A DNA stretch of 64,000 nt. Origin: Octopus vulgaris (Eukaryota). Position numbers and translations under genes: made by a program. How positions within the stretch are numbered: the first letter of the stretch is position 1; each line of letters opens with the position of its first letter. The stretch is taken from positions 38,378,001 to 38,442,000 of the forward strand of contig OX597831.1 of assembly GCA_951406725.2 (NCBI GenBank). Direction: 5' to 3'. Shown here piece by piece: positions 13,270 to 26,946 of the stretch. The notes beneath the pieces were generated by a model. It saw nothing but the letters and a program-made list of their open reading frames with translations. It was not told where the DNA came from and did no database searches.

Positions 13270-14135
13270 ACGAAGGTGACACTTATTTAATCGATTACTC
13301 TTCGAGAACCCTGCAAAGAATTCTTGCAGTTCCAAGCAATGCTGATTTTTGTAGGTGTTCTACCTTCACACTTGCACTGATCTTTATCAGCCATGTTGAT
13401 ACTTCAGTGCTGATAATTCCAAGTGCACCAATTACTATTGGTATCGCCTCTACTTTCTTTCATTGACAACAAATTTGGTTATTTCCCACTAAATCGTCAT
13501 AGTTGTCTATTATTTCTTCTTCTTTCACATTGATCCTTTAATCACTATATAGAATGCTATATCTTCTGGTTCTTTGTTTTTTATTCAACACAACAATGTC
13601 CGGCTTCCGATGTCTGGTCAGTTGATCGCACAGGATTTTGCAATTCTCATTTTCTGTAACTCCTTCTGGGGTTTTCTGATACCAGTTCTTTGCTATTTGT
13701 AGACCATGATTTCCAGAGAGGTCCCAATAGATCATTCTTGCCCATTGATGTGGCGTCTTTTGTATTCACGTTGAGCCAATTTAGGGTATTTGCTAACGAT
13801 GTGCCAAACCGGTTCACTCCTCTCATCACACGTTCTGCATTTGTAGCTGTTAGTGGTGTTGTCTATTCTGCGCTTCATATAATTGGTCATTAAAGCTTAT
13901 TCCTGAGCTGCGCATACGAGTGCTTTTGTCGCTATCTTCAGGTCACTCCTGCTCATCCATAGCCACCTGCGTCTGTCTTGGCATTCACATCTCTGTACAT
14001 ATTCTTTTCCTTCCATGCATTTCCTATTTTTTTGTTCATATCTTGTTTAAATTTTTATTTGATTATACAATTTTCGGTTTTGATGACGCCAGCCTCCTTC
14101 GTGTGCTTCAACAATGGGTCCACAGCATTTATTAT
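13270..14135 (-). mobile_element. R4/Dong-type non-LTR 3' fragment (RLE endonuclease)
   Basis: WYQKTPEGVTENENCKILCD..HRKPDIVV..IPIVIGALG..LQKSALLGTARIL. Confidence 0.85.
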
Positions 14136-14169
14136 ATAACACCCTTGGCTGTCATTATTTTTTTTTTAA

Positions 14170-14227
<58 letters not shown>

Positions 14228-14257
14228 CATTATTATTAGTAGTAGTAGTAGTAGTAC

Positions 14258-14710
14258 TGCCTTTGCACAGCTTCTCACGCTGGAGATGTACTACAGTGTC
14301 AGCTGTTCAATACTTGTGAACTAAGATAACACCTCTTATTTTTCGAGCACCTTTCGGAGTTTTCGAGCGGTTTCACTCAGTGATGTTTTCTGTAAGTGTT
14401 CCACCCTTATCGCAGCCCCTATTTTTTCTACGTACTTCTGGAGACTTTCGCTCACTGTTCCCAGACCTCCGACAATTATTGGCACTACTGCTACCTTTTT
14501 CATCGAACACAACTGCTTATCTTCCCAAACTAACCTGTCATGTCTCTCGACTTTTCTTTCTTCCTCATCGCATACCGTGTTGTCAGCTGGGCATGCTATA
14601 TATATGATCCAGCATAGTTTGTGTTCTTTTTCAATTAAGACTATGTCCGGCTTCCTATTCTCTATCTCCTAGACGCACTGAAACTTAAAATCCCATAGGA
14701 ACTTTGCGTT
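14258..14710 (-). mobile_element. Second R4/Dong-type 3' fragment
   Basis: FLWDFKFQC..ENRKPDIV...TARKLRKVLE on the minus strand; adjacent to a (TAA)n array. Confidence 0.7.
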
Positions 14711-14774
14711 TCTATTTTCGACGATGCCTTCAGGTGTGTGATCCTACCATATTATTATTATTATTATTATTATC

Positions 14775-14865
14775 GTCGGCCACTAAAAGACATGGTCAAC
14801 TGGTTAAGGTCAAACATAGGACAAGCAAATCTGTAGTATTGAGCAGGATATTTGCTGTAGCCCTA
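14775..14865. repeat. Short copy of the (TAA)n-associated repeat family
   Basis: gacatggtcaactggttaaggtcaaaca...atatttgctgtagccctattatt, shared with 36085-36161 and 59995-60070. Confidence 0.75.
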
Positions 14866-14875
14866 TTATTATTAA

Positions 14876-14920
<45 letters not shown>

Positions 14921-15239
14921 CATCATCATCATCATCATTATTATTAACACCACTAGCACCACCATTACCGCTACCAACACCGTCACTTCTACGTTCGGTA
15001 CCTTTTCAAATAACACTGCTTATATGACAACCATCAATAATAGAGCTGCGGTTGTAACCCCTCCATCACCACTTCCCGCTCTTCCAGCAACAACACAACA
15101 GCAGCGCCAAGACTGTCTGTAGCCAATTTACTTATTGGTGCCAATGTAGTTTTTTCCATAATATCACAATTAATATCATCTCTGAACAACATGTCCAAAA
15201 TCAGTAACGTATTCGTCACGACTAAACAACCGCCAGTAT

Positions 15240-15296
15240 CATCATCGTCATCGTCATCATCATCATCATCATCACCATCATTATCATCACCCTCAC

Positions 15297-15346
<50 letters not shown>

Positions 15347-15519
15347 ACATCAACGTTATCCTCATCATCATCATCATCACCATCTTATTGCCAGCATTTC
15401 CTTTCCTTTGCGTCCTCCTTATCATCATTCACATCAACATCTCTACCATCAGCAGGAACATGATGCGTAACAAGAGCTTATCTATTACGATGATGATGAT
15501 GATGATGATGATGATGATA

Positions 15520-15552
<33 letters not shown>

Positions 15553-15611
15553 ATCAACATTATCGTGATCTTCATGATCATTATGTTCATGACGATGATA
15601 ATGATCGTTCC

Positions 15612-15650
<39 letters not shown>
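15240..15650. repeat. (CAT)n/(GAT)n compound microsatellite field
   Basis: Directly visible; explains the poly-S/M/I ORFs. Confidence 0.9.
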
Positions 15651-15654
<4 letters not shown>

Positions 15655-18344
15655 TTCATCAACGCAACGGACCTCTTCAATATCGTTTTATCAGCCACTC
15701 TCAGCATAAACATCACCAGGCTATTGAGAACCTCTTAAATTGTCACTCAATTTTTAGTAAATCACAGCAAAACCTCACCTGTATCTCAACATCTGATCTT
15801 TCTAACGGAAAGTAGTCGATAAATAAGATGATATTCTCACAGGTGGAACATCTACCTTCTTCATCACAACACGCCGCCATCAAATTCTTAGCCATCGTTC
15901 TCAAGAACTTAAACATTAACAGCGCCACCGCCACGACCATCTACATCACTACCTTCTTCTCATCCTTTTTTCAGTTCATCATCATCGTCATCCTTCTCAT
16001 CATCATTTTATTCGTCATCGTTATCACCACCACAACCACCACCACCACCACCGCCATCATGATTACCATTATCATCACCATCGCCGTCGTCTTCATCATC
16101 GTTATCGTCATGGTCGTCATCATTATCGCCCTCGTCGGTGTCATCGTCGCCATCTTTGTTAATAATAACAATATCATTTATTTGCATGTCCCTGCATCAT
16201 CATTATCTATACTTGTACAGTGGTGCTAATATCGCCATCAACTAAAGTATCACCAACATAACACCTTATCATTAACAACAGCAACAACAACAAAACCAAC
16301 AACAACGAAGATAACTACCGTATGAAACAAAACGATAATAAAAAAGCAAAGCAACAATAACATATATGCAATGATTGTTTGCGAAACGAAGAAAAAATAT
16401 CGTTTATATTGGTGAGAAAATGTAAGGATAATTTGGTTATTTTCACTATGTTTTATTTATTTAGATTTCTCTGCTTTTTTTCCAGAATTAGTAAATAATG
16501 GTCCAAAAAGTAAAGCAGAAACCATTGCTACCACCCAATTTGTTCCGTAAGCGAGAATTCCATGAAAGAAAAAAATATATATATGTACTCATACAAATAT
16601 TTGTTTACTAACGTCAAACATATAATGTTATCGAAGACGTGTAATTTCTTCCAATTAAGAAAAAAATAGGCCTATTTAAGCAGAAAAATAAGTGCGAAAA
16701 ATAAACAGATGTACGTATGTGTACACATAGAGATAAAAATAAATTGTAGTGCTAACACGCTACATTAAAGATGGAGTTATAATTGTAACATAGGAGTTTA
16801 GTAAACAACTTTTGCATGGGAATTAGTAAGCAAATTAGACAATATATTCAATTGATGGCGGGTTATAAAGAGTGGTAGAAGTCCTGATGTACATGTTTTC
16901 TTTAGCTCAGAGCATTTATAGTTTTTTAGTATGAAATAATAGTTGATTGATTAGACCTATTACGATAGATTTCCAACATCGCATTCAGCTAATATTTTGT
17001 ATATCAGATAAACTGTCTGTAATGCATTGTTTATAGGTCGTTTTGAAGTAAGTTGTTTGCAATATCTAATCTATTGCTCGATTAGTAGCGGGTTATTTTG
17101 TTGACTAACGCCTTTCTTTTACTCTAATCACTGATTGTATATACATAAAAGGACAAGCATTCAGTTCAACGAAAACCCCATTCTACTATGTCCTTTTTTC
17201 CCTGTCATATGTGAGAGATGTATTTCCTTTTACAGAGTTCCTACTCATTGGTTGAAAGGAACCAACCATTAAAATAACATATGCTTAGTTGCATGCATCA
17301 TCTCTCTCCCGTCCTAACATTCTTCACCTATAGCAGAATCATTTTGTTAAGAAGTTTCGTCGAATGCACATACTTCGATCAGAGTTTTGTTTAACCAACA
17401 ATGTTATTTCCTTGAAATATTCAAACTTACGGAAAATAGAAGCAATACTTTTCACAATGATTTTCGTAATTTGTTGTTCGTTCTTGCTGGCATCTACCTA
17501 TATTATCCCGCTTTAAATGATTATTTTTTACAAACAACGCGATATTGGTTTTTGGTTTACTACCGACATATTTTCTTCACTTTCAGTCACAACTATAACA
17601 GGAAAATTGTAAATTCCTGTTCGAATTTCGAACATGACGATCTACGAAAACAAGCAGCGAATCTTTCCTTATGTCACACTTCTAATTTACTTTGGAATGG
17701 TTTAGATTCCTGTCATCGAAGACAGTTTAAAGCATCCATATTCATTGGCATGAAGCTTAGAATGTTAATTCTGAGTTTCCATCGGTTTCCACAAAGAGAG
17801 ATGTTACTACTGAAGCTGTATAAACAGATAAAGACCATTGCTGTTCTTTTTGGTTTGTTTTATAGTTATCTATTTTTCATATAATTCTTCACACCCATTC
17901 TTCATGTGTTCCCAAGTCCCATGTTATTTTACCGCTACCATCTCCATAACGCAATTATATAACTTCTAATCCATCATCTGGAACAAACACAGAAACACAA
18001 ACATATTTACACACACTTATATATATAAACATATAGCACATTTCGTATCAGCTTTCCTTATTACCCCAAATTTATTCCTTGTTGCATGTTAATGCATATT
18101 TGTGTCCTACTACTCCAAATTAGAACCTCACTAACTCTATGTACTGTTATGAGGGAAAAAAAGTCAGATCGTGTGAATTTTCCAAAATTCCTTTCTCCAA
18201 CCCCTCGGAAAAATTCTTTCTCATAAATCTCTATATAGTCTGAAGCGTAAAATATTATACAAATCATTAGAATTGGGAATCAAATGTGAAAATATTATCA
18301 GGGAGCTAACATGAAACTTCTTTTTGCTGACATATTGTTGTTGT

Positions 18345-18852
18345 GACCCCCTTCGGTCATGAATGACCATGTGATTACACCTAGAAAGTTACCCTCCAAG
18401 GCACAAGTCCAGTTAAGGTGGTTTATGGAAGACCAGCAGTAGCCCATGCACACCAGCCTCCCCTCTCCACGCCACCGATATTATCCAAGGGAAACGCAAA
18501 GGCCCATACAGCTTGGCACCAGTGACGTTGCAGCGCATTTACTAACGTGCAAGTGGCCGAGCATTTCACAGACACATGTACCCTAAACGTAGTTCTCGGG
18601 GCGATTCAGCGTGACCCAGATTGTGACAAGGCTGGCGTTTGAAATATAGGTACAACAGAACCAGGATGAAAGAGTGAGAGAAAGTTGTGGTGAAAAAGTA
18701 CAGTAGGGTTCACCACAACCCCCTGCCAGAGCCTCGTGGAGTTTTAGATGTTTTTGCTCAATAAACATACACAATGCCCGGTCCTGGGAATCGAAACCGC
18801 GATCCTACGATCGCGTGTCCGCTACCCTAACCACTGGGACATTACGCCTACC
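18345..18852 (-). mobile_element. tRNA-derived SINE (family B head) with an alternative Meta-like tail
   Basis: 18541-18852 matches 25901-26292; 18345-18540 is an unrelated tail (reverse complement ggtgccaagctgtat...gtggcgtggagaggggaggctgg...ctaggtg). Confidence 0.75.
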
Positions 18853-18857
18853 CCCTG

Positions 18858-18950
<93 letters not shown>

Positions 18951-19580
18951 GCATATATATGTATGTGCATACATATTTATGTACGTATTTATGTCTCAAT
19001 CTATGGGTGGATAGATGAACGGATGTATGGATGGGCAGAGGGATTAAAGGACTGATGTATGGATAGATCGATTGATGCATCCATACGAAACAGGGCAAAC
19101 GCATAGAAAACATATTAGTTGGTGTAAAAATAAATCAATATATATTCATCAGCTGTCAACACAATAAATATTCACACTTTTTATCGTTTTTCGCAATAAC
19201 AGCAATTTACTAAAATAGGCGCAAATATATGGAATAATGAACAGCGACCGCTATGTGAGAACCAAGTCACGAAATATGATGGTTAAATTAGAGTATGGAA
19301 GGATTTGATCGCAGTAAATTCACTTATTACAGCGCGCTAATTTGTTTCACATTCTACGAAATCAAAGTTTTCATCTTTATGCTACCCAGCACCATTATAT
19401 TATATATATTTAACATAGCCATACAATAGAACAACTGAATAGACGCTAACTAGGGATAGACTGATATTTACCAGTCGTCTTCAATTAGTGTGTATGAAGC
19501 GTATTTTTCTGAAAGGTATTAATGATTTAGTGACGAGAATGTTTATGGTTACAGCAAATATACGTTTTGCTAACGGAAAA

Positions 19581-19745
19581 TGGCGGCGTAGCTAAAAAGC
19601 TCACTAAGTAACAATGCTTTGTCTGGCCCATTGTTCTAGTCCTGGACGACACCTTGAGCAAATATCTTCTACAATAGCCTTCGGCATGACTGAAGTCTTC
19701 TTGTGAGTGAATATCCTTAAGAGAAACCCTAGAACCTGTCCTATA
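19581..19745 (+). mobile_element. Degraded SINE head (family A)
   Basis: caccttgagcaaatatcttctacaatagcct...cttgtgagtgaat. Confidence 0.6.
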
Positions 19746-19788
19746 ACAGCACACATATTCACACACAATCATGTTTACACGCGCGCTC

Positions 19789-19843
<55 letters not shown>

Positions 19844-20139
19844 TGTGTGAGTATAAATGTGATGTGTTTGCGTTTCTGACTTTGAATTTTCACCCACTGC
19901 TTCAGAAACAATATTGGTTTTTTACTTAATCGTAATTTAATGGAATGGCAAAAGCGATCCATTGCAGAAGTGCCAGAATTTAAAATGATGTCTTCGAATA
20001 AAACCATCATCACAGTACTCCAGCCTGGCCATAGTCCAATGAGTAAGACAACTAAAATATAACAGATACGTTCTGGCATTAAAACATCATATAATATGAT
20101 TCAACTTCAACAGAACGTTGCACTATATTTTGAATTACT

Positions 20140-20253
20140 TTGCCGAGGTCGACTTTGCCTTTCATCCTTTCGCGGTCGATAAATTAAGTACCAGTTGCGT
20201 ACTGTGGTCAATCTAATCGACTGAGCCCCTCACCCAAAATTTCGGGCCTTGTG

Positions 20254-20255
<2 letters not shown>
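20140..20255 (+). mobile_element. 5'-truncated Nin-domain SINE
   Basis: gccgaggtcgactttgcctttcatcctttcgcggtcgataaattaagtaccag...aaaatttcgggccttgtg. Confidence 0.85.
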
Positions 20256-20293
<38 letters not shown>

Positions 20294-20316
20294 GAGGAGG
20301 AGGAGGAGGAGGTGGA

Positions 20317-20349
<33 letters not shown>

Positions 20350-21044
20350 GAGGAGGAGGAGGAGTGGAAGGAGGAGAGATGTAATATAAAGATAAAGATA
20401 AAGTAGTAGTAGTAGGAGGAGGAGGAGGAGTGGAAGGAGGAGAGATGTAGGATAAAGATAAAGTAGTAGTAGTAGTAGGAAGAGGAGGAGGAAGATGACG
20501 ACGACGACGAAAAATACAAGAAGGAGAGGAAGAGTGGTATTGAGTATTATCTAATTAAGCTTTGTCTTGTGCTTGTCATATTCCAATTCCATTAGTACGT
20601 ACATATTATTATTTTGTTGTTTTTGTTTTTTGTTTTACTCTTTGAATTGAGAAAAGACGGAGAATGAGACGAGAAACGAAGTGAGTTGGAAGAAAGTGAA
20701 ATTTTAGAAGTTTGGTGGAGTGATAGAAACGAGAAATAGGGAAGAATTACGAGAAATGGAGAACGAAAGAGATAATCGAATTAGGTAAATAAGGTCAAAT
20801 ATCGAATAGTTAAATATTTCATGAAAGGAAAGAAATATGTCTATTATTCTTTTGATAAAACTTGTAGATTCTGATAAATATATAAAATTAATGTGAATTA
20901 CGTGGTTTATCGGTAATTTGTATAAGATCAATAGAGTGATAGCTTTCAAATTGCTGTGATGGATGGGTAAGTGAAGAGTTAGTTATAGACAGGGATTAAG
21001 CTAAAGGATTGGCTCTTGATTCTATTGTTATTGTATTAGATGAA

Positions 21045-21430
<386 letters not shown>

Positions 21431-21581
21431 TAATAACAAATATAGGAATAAATAAATAAATAAGTTTTACAAAATTTTTGATGTGAAATCTTGTGTTGAA
21501 ATAGAAATTGTTATACTTGGTGATGTTCATTTGTTTGCCAATTAATCACACGCACTATTACTGTTCTTCACTTTAGTACTA

Positions 21582-22134
21582 TTAGGTTGTCCGGAAAGTT
21601 CGTGCCGATTTATAGTAGCGTACCTTTCCACTTATTTTAGAACATGGTTGAGTCCACAAAATAGGATTTGACTATACCTCTATTTAGAGCAGTCTTTTCG
21701 TGGAAGAAGATTTATGTTCCTATAACATGTGTTAATTCTGTAACCCTTTAAAGCGGAAGATAAGAAAGATCATTTTCAGCACTAGATGCTTTGGGAACCA
21801 GACAAACATTGCTGCGTCTCAGCTGGGATGTGTTACCCCAGCCTCCATATTCACCAGATATTGCTCCTTCAGATTTCCACTTATTCAGGTCTCTGCAGAA
21901 TATTCTTAATGGTAAAAAGTTCAATTCCTTGGATGAGGTAAAAAGACACCCTGATGAATTCTTTGGCATGAAACCACCTCAATTCTGGAAGAGGGTATTT
22001 TCAAGTTAAAAGAAAGATGGAGACACATTGTGCAACAATATGTTTCATATTTGGTTGATTAAAAATGTAATGGCAAATATTTATTGACCTTTTCTTTCCT
22101 TTAAAAATCGGCATGAACTTTCCGGACGACCCAA
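21582..22134 (+). mobile_element. Non-autonomous mariner deletion derivative
   Basis: TA-flanked TIRs ttaggttgtccggaaagttcgtgccgattt / aaatcggcatgaactttccggacgacccaa; retains WDVLPQPPYSPDIAPSDFHLFRSLQN. Confidence 0.92.
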
Positions 22135-22530
22135 TATTTGTATTATTTTTCGTTTATTTGTCAAGGTTCTTTCGTCACACATCCTGTAACAGCTTCAGTG
22201 ATTTTGTCTTTCTCAAAACAAAATGAAATAGGCGGGATAAGTGGAGAGACATGGGATAGAAAGTTATTGAAAATTCGTGGTATGTGTGACGAAAAATATT
22301 TGATAAATAAATAATGAATAATAAATCTATAGTGAAGATAAAATACAAAGCGCGTTTGTCTAATTGACAAAAGATGACCATCCCCAAGTATAAAAATAAG
22401 TTAATAAATATATAAATGAAGGATTAATTATGCAAAAAGAGACTGCATTATCAAATCCATGTAGTCACAACAGAAGTTGCTGGGGAAAATATGTGGGATC
22501 GGCTGATGAAAGGAATACTAAAAAAAGAGA

Positions 22531-23715
22531 CTGAGGCATGACAGAAGTAAATAGACAACCCATAAAACGTCGTTTTATGATTATTTTAACATTTAAAGGT
22601 TTATATATTTTTATCAATTAACATCCTTATGTTTCTATGTTTCAGGTTCTATATGTGACTGTTTAATCATGGCATATACAAAAGAAGACTTTGAGCTGTC
22701 TGAATTCAAAAGAGACTGTACTGTGGGTCATTCTGAAGGTGGACAAAATCGCAGAAAATCTTAGGATTCCGATTACTAGAGTTAATAGTATGATTATGCA
22801 ATTCACCAGAGAGGGGAAGGAGTCCACATCATCTCGCCCAGATTGACCAGAGTCCTCTGACAGGACCCTTTTCTTTGCTAAATGAAGTGTGAAGAATAAT
22901 TTTCGTTGCAAGGCCTCTGATATTGCAGAACTATTTGATGATGATGCCCGTCCCAGAATAGTTGTCAGGTAACTCCACAAACTTAGTTACTATGGCAGAG
23001 CAGCAAGAAAGAAGCCACTTCTTCAACCAGCCAATATCAAGAGGAGAAAAGATTTGGGACACTGTCATATTTTCTGAGGAGTACAGATTTGCTGTATTTC
23101 CTGACAGTGTTCGAGTGTGGGTCTGGAGACTATGTGATCAAGAATTTAATGTGAAAATGTTGCAGCCAACAATGAAACACAGCAGCTATTCTGTGATGGT
23201 CTGGGGAGTATTTGGGGCCATGTTTGATCAGAGCTGGTGGAGTGTGAGGGAAACATAAACTCGGATAAATATCTGTTCATATTGCAGAAAGGACTCCTTC
23301 CAATTTTCTCCAGAGTTGAAATGATTAAAGACAATTTTATTTATGGAATATAGGACTCATTATCATACGGCTAAAAATTACCCAAGATCTATTGAATGAG
23401 AATGGCATTAAAAAGCTTCTATGACCAAGCCAGTCACCAAATATGAATCCCATTGAAAACTTCTGGAACAGAAAAAGAACAGGAAAGGATCTCCAAAGCA
23501 AGATATTTTTGAGCCTACTGTATGAAACCTGTCGGGAAATTCGGCAAGAGAACATTCGTCTTCAGATCAGCAACATGCCTAACAAGGTCTTTGACATGTC
23601 TACTAAATATCAAATATTCACATTATTACAATTGATAAATAATTTGAAAGTATAATTTCAGATTTAAATAAATTTTAATGATTATAAGTGAGTCTATTTA
23701 CTTCTGTCATTTCTG
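22531..23715 (+). mobile_element. Decayed Tc1-like transposon (transposase pseudogene about 22669-23600)
   Basis: TIR core atgacagaagtaaatagac / gtctatttacttctgtcat; fragments GRAARKKPLL, WDTVIFSEEYRF, QPTMKH..VMVWG, PSQSPNMNPIENFW. Confidence 0.85.
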
Positions 23716-23967
23716 TATACATGGAATTGAGGGAAAAGAATTAACACAGTCTTCCTTTAGAATATAGATTTATAATATATTTCATATAATATTCTACTAT
23801 ATCTTATCCATATCATTAACTTATTTCATAATATTTCTATTATAAAATATCATATAATACATTATGCAAACATTTAGACGTGAGTGATACAAAAATTCAC
23901 GGAGGACTCTCTAAACAAATTTGAGTTTAGATTGAGAAAAAGAATAAAATTTTTAAAATTGCTGCCA

Positions 23968-24040
<73 letters not shown>

Positions 24041-24807
24041 TATATATATATATATATATATATAATGTTAAAATAAAAGAATGTGTAAAATCGAAATTTG
24101 AAGTAAGAGATTTAAAGAATATTTCAGGTAACATTGAATATGACAGGATATATGCCTTCAGCATAATTATTTTTTTCCAATTTAATTTTACAAACAATGG
24201 ATCAACTCATAATTCTGGGTGAAAATAACGAATTGGGAGTAATTAATATCCATTTCTAATTTAAGTGCATGCAAGTTGATAGCTTAATAGATAAATACCA
24301 TGGAAAATTTGAAGTTTTGGAAATATAGGATTTAGGCATGAACTAGAAATCTAAGCTGAAATTTCGATAAAAAGATGATGGATGATTAAAAAGATTAAAG
24401 GGAAGCTAAAGATTAAATGTTAAAATTCTTTCATAAATTTTATCAAGATAGATTTCATTTTTATTAAAAGATTTTATTGTATGATGAATAGATCTGAAAT
24501 TGAATCATATGATTTTTAGGAAGTGAATATAAATTTATTCGTGTTTAGATGAGTGGCTTAAAACTTACTTTTCGTCTATATGTTTGAAATTAAGTGTGTG
24601 TAGGTATGTAGGAAGAAAAAGGTTTCGAAATCAAATATATTTGAACAAGTCTCAAAATTTTCAAAGCTGATAAAATGTAAATGGAACAATGACATTTTAT
24701 TCAAATAAGAGTGTACTTGATACTGAAGTCGACGTTTACATGAAGGGATGGTAAAATTGTTATTGATTCACTAAAGTACTCTGATATTCAAGCGAATTGA
24801 AGTTAGG

Positions 24808-24862
<55 letters not shown>

Positions 24863-24944
24863 ATTATAGCAACAGAATAGGTATGAAGATAAATAATTCT
24901 ACAGATAAGTTACTGAGTTTCGTTAAGTGTCAGGTGAGTCTTTT

Positions 24945-25145
24945 AAAATCTTTTACTTGGTTGAGTCATTTGACCAAGGCCATGCTGAAGCACCGCCTTT
25001 AGACAAAGTTATCGACCCCAGGACTTGTTCTTTGTAAGCCTAAAACTTATTCAACCGGCTCTCCTTTGCCAAACTGCTAAGTTATGGGGATATAAACACA
25101 CCAGTATCGGTTGTCAAGCGATGGTGGGGATAAAAACACAGATAC
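24945..25145 (-). mobile_element. 3' half of a family A SINE
   Basis: Reverse complement of 26945-27168 (ggccatgctgaagcaccgcc...tcggttgtcaagcgatggtggg). Confidence 0.75.
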
Positions 25146-25353
25146 ACACACACACACACACATATATACATATATATATGTATATACGATAGCGATATAT
25201 ATCGCTAATTGCATGATTACGTTTCAGTTTAAATATAACTGTTCCACACACGTATACACATACACAGACACATAGCAGACACACACACCCTCATATATAT
25301 TTAGATAGACAGAGAGAGGGAGAGAGAGAGAGATAGAGAGAGAGAAAGGTAGG

Positions 25354-25411
<58 letters not shown>

Positions 25412-25486
25412 TACGTATGTGGGTAGCAACAGATACGTTTGTAGGTAGCAACAGATACGTTTGTGGTGTAAGTATATAAATATATG

Positions 25487-25518
<32 letters not shown>

Positions 25519-25900
25519 AGTGTGTGTGTGTGTGTGTGTGAGTGTTAGTATGTATGTATATACATGCGGTGTGTGTCAAAATGCAAAGGTTACGACTGTT
25601 ATCAACCATAAATTTTATGCGTTTAAGGTTAAGATTCCCGAAAATCTGCTCAGTGAACTCGCACATGTCAGGAGCGGTTAGTGGTTTGGAATGATAGAAT
25701 AAGAAAATTTAATGTTTTTCTTCCAAACACATATTTCTGAGTTCAGTCCTACTGCGCGGTACCTTGGGCAGGTATGTTCTACTATAGCCTCCGGCCGACC
25801 ATATATTTGTAGAAAGAGGGGAGAGAGGATTGTGAGTGGGTTTTGTAGAAAGAAACCGGAAGAAGGCCGTCGTGTATGTATATTAAAATAGTGTACAATT

Positions 25901-26292
25901 GGAATGGAATGGAAGCACTCCGTCGGTTACGACGACGAGGGTTTAGTCGACGAGGGTTCCGGTTGATCCGATCAACGGAACAGCCTGCTCGTGAAATTAA
26001 CGTGTAAGTGGCTGAGCACTCCACAGACACGTGTACCCTTAACGTAGTTCTCGGGGATATTCAGCGTGACACAGCGAATGACAAGGCCGGCCCTTTGAAA
26101 TACAGGTACAACAGAAACAGGAAGTAAGAGAAAGTTGTGGTGAAAGAGTACAGCAGGGATCACTGCCTGAGCCTCGTGGAGCTTTAGGTGTTTTCGCTCA
26201 ATAAACACTCACAACGCCCGGTCTGGGAATCGAAACCGCGATCCTACGACCGCGTGTCCGCTGCCCTAACCACTGGGCCAATGCGCCTCCAC
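25901..26292 (-). mobile_element. Full-length tRNA-derived SINE (family B) with 11-bp TSD
   Basis: Reverse-complement head gtggaggcgcattggcccagtggttagggcagcgg...ggtttcgattcccagacc (A/B boxes); TSD agtgtacaatt at 25890-25900 and 26293-26303; (ttcca)n tail. Confidence 0.92.
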
Positions 26293-26475
26293 AGTGTACA
26301 ATTAAACACAAAAGAAATTACCCTTTAACAGGTAATTTTACGTGCTAGAAGAAACAGCCAACACGGTCAAAACCACGATTTAATAGCAATTTTCGAAGGA
26401 AATGTGTTGGCTGCTTCTTCTAGCATGTAACATTACCTGTTAAAGGGTATTTTCTTTTGTGTTTAAATGTACACT
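26293..26475. repeat. Palindrome, about 72-bp arms with about 39-nt spacer
   Basis: agtgtacaattaaacacaaaagaaattaccctttaacaggtaat... / ...attacctgttaaagggtattttcttttgtgtttaaatgtacact. Confidence 0.9.
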
Positions 26476-26596
26476 ACTTTGAAATTTGAATAAGTTGTCT
26501 ATTGACTATTTATACATGCTAGGCCACTGGTGGTGATATAACGAATATTCGCTACCCTATATATGTTTATATATATACATACATACATATATATAC

Positions 26597-26630
<34 letters not shown>

Positions 26631-26634
26631 GCAC

Positions 26635-26710
<76 letters not shown>

Positions 26711-26724
26711 CATACATATATATC

Positions 26725-26905
26725 TAGTGAGAATTTACAAAATAGCAAAAGGCGAAGACGGGTGTATAAACAACAAACAGCTGTAATTCTTTAACTGCCC
26801 GGGAAGTGAGGAAGTCTTTTACGTTTCGAGCCAACGCTCTTCAACAGAAAGGAACAGAGAAATAAACTGGGAGAGAAAATAGAAAAAGGTTTAGTGGTTA
26901 ATGGC

Positions 26906-26910
<5 letters not shown>
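26725..26910 (-). mobile_element. Penelope-like pLTR remnant with minimal HHR variant (26816-26851)
   Basis: Reverse complement: cttt-CTGTTGA-a-gagc-gttg-gctc-GAAAC-GTA-aaag; second copy at 40948-41092. Confidence 0.65.

Positions 26911-26946
<36 letters not shown>

Noticed and set aside
12738-13466. 242-aa plus-strand ORF with poly-His
   Set aside because: Antisense of R4/Dong fragments plus a (CAT)n repeat.
17387-17884. 165-aa ORF in non-microsatellite DNA
   Set aside because: TTG start, no recognisable domain; cannot be distinguished from a chance ORF or decayed TE without a database search.
26215-26292. tRNA gene
   Set aside because: A tRNA-like head contiguous with a SINE body and bounded by a TSD; no independent tRNA supported.
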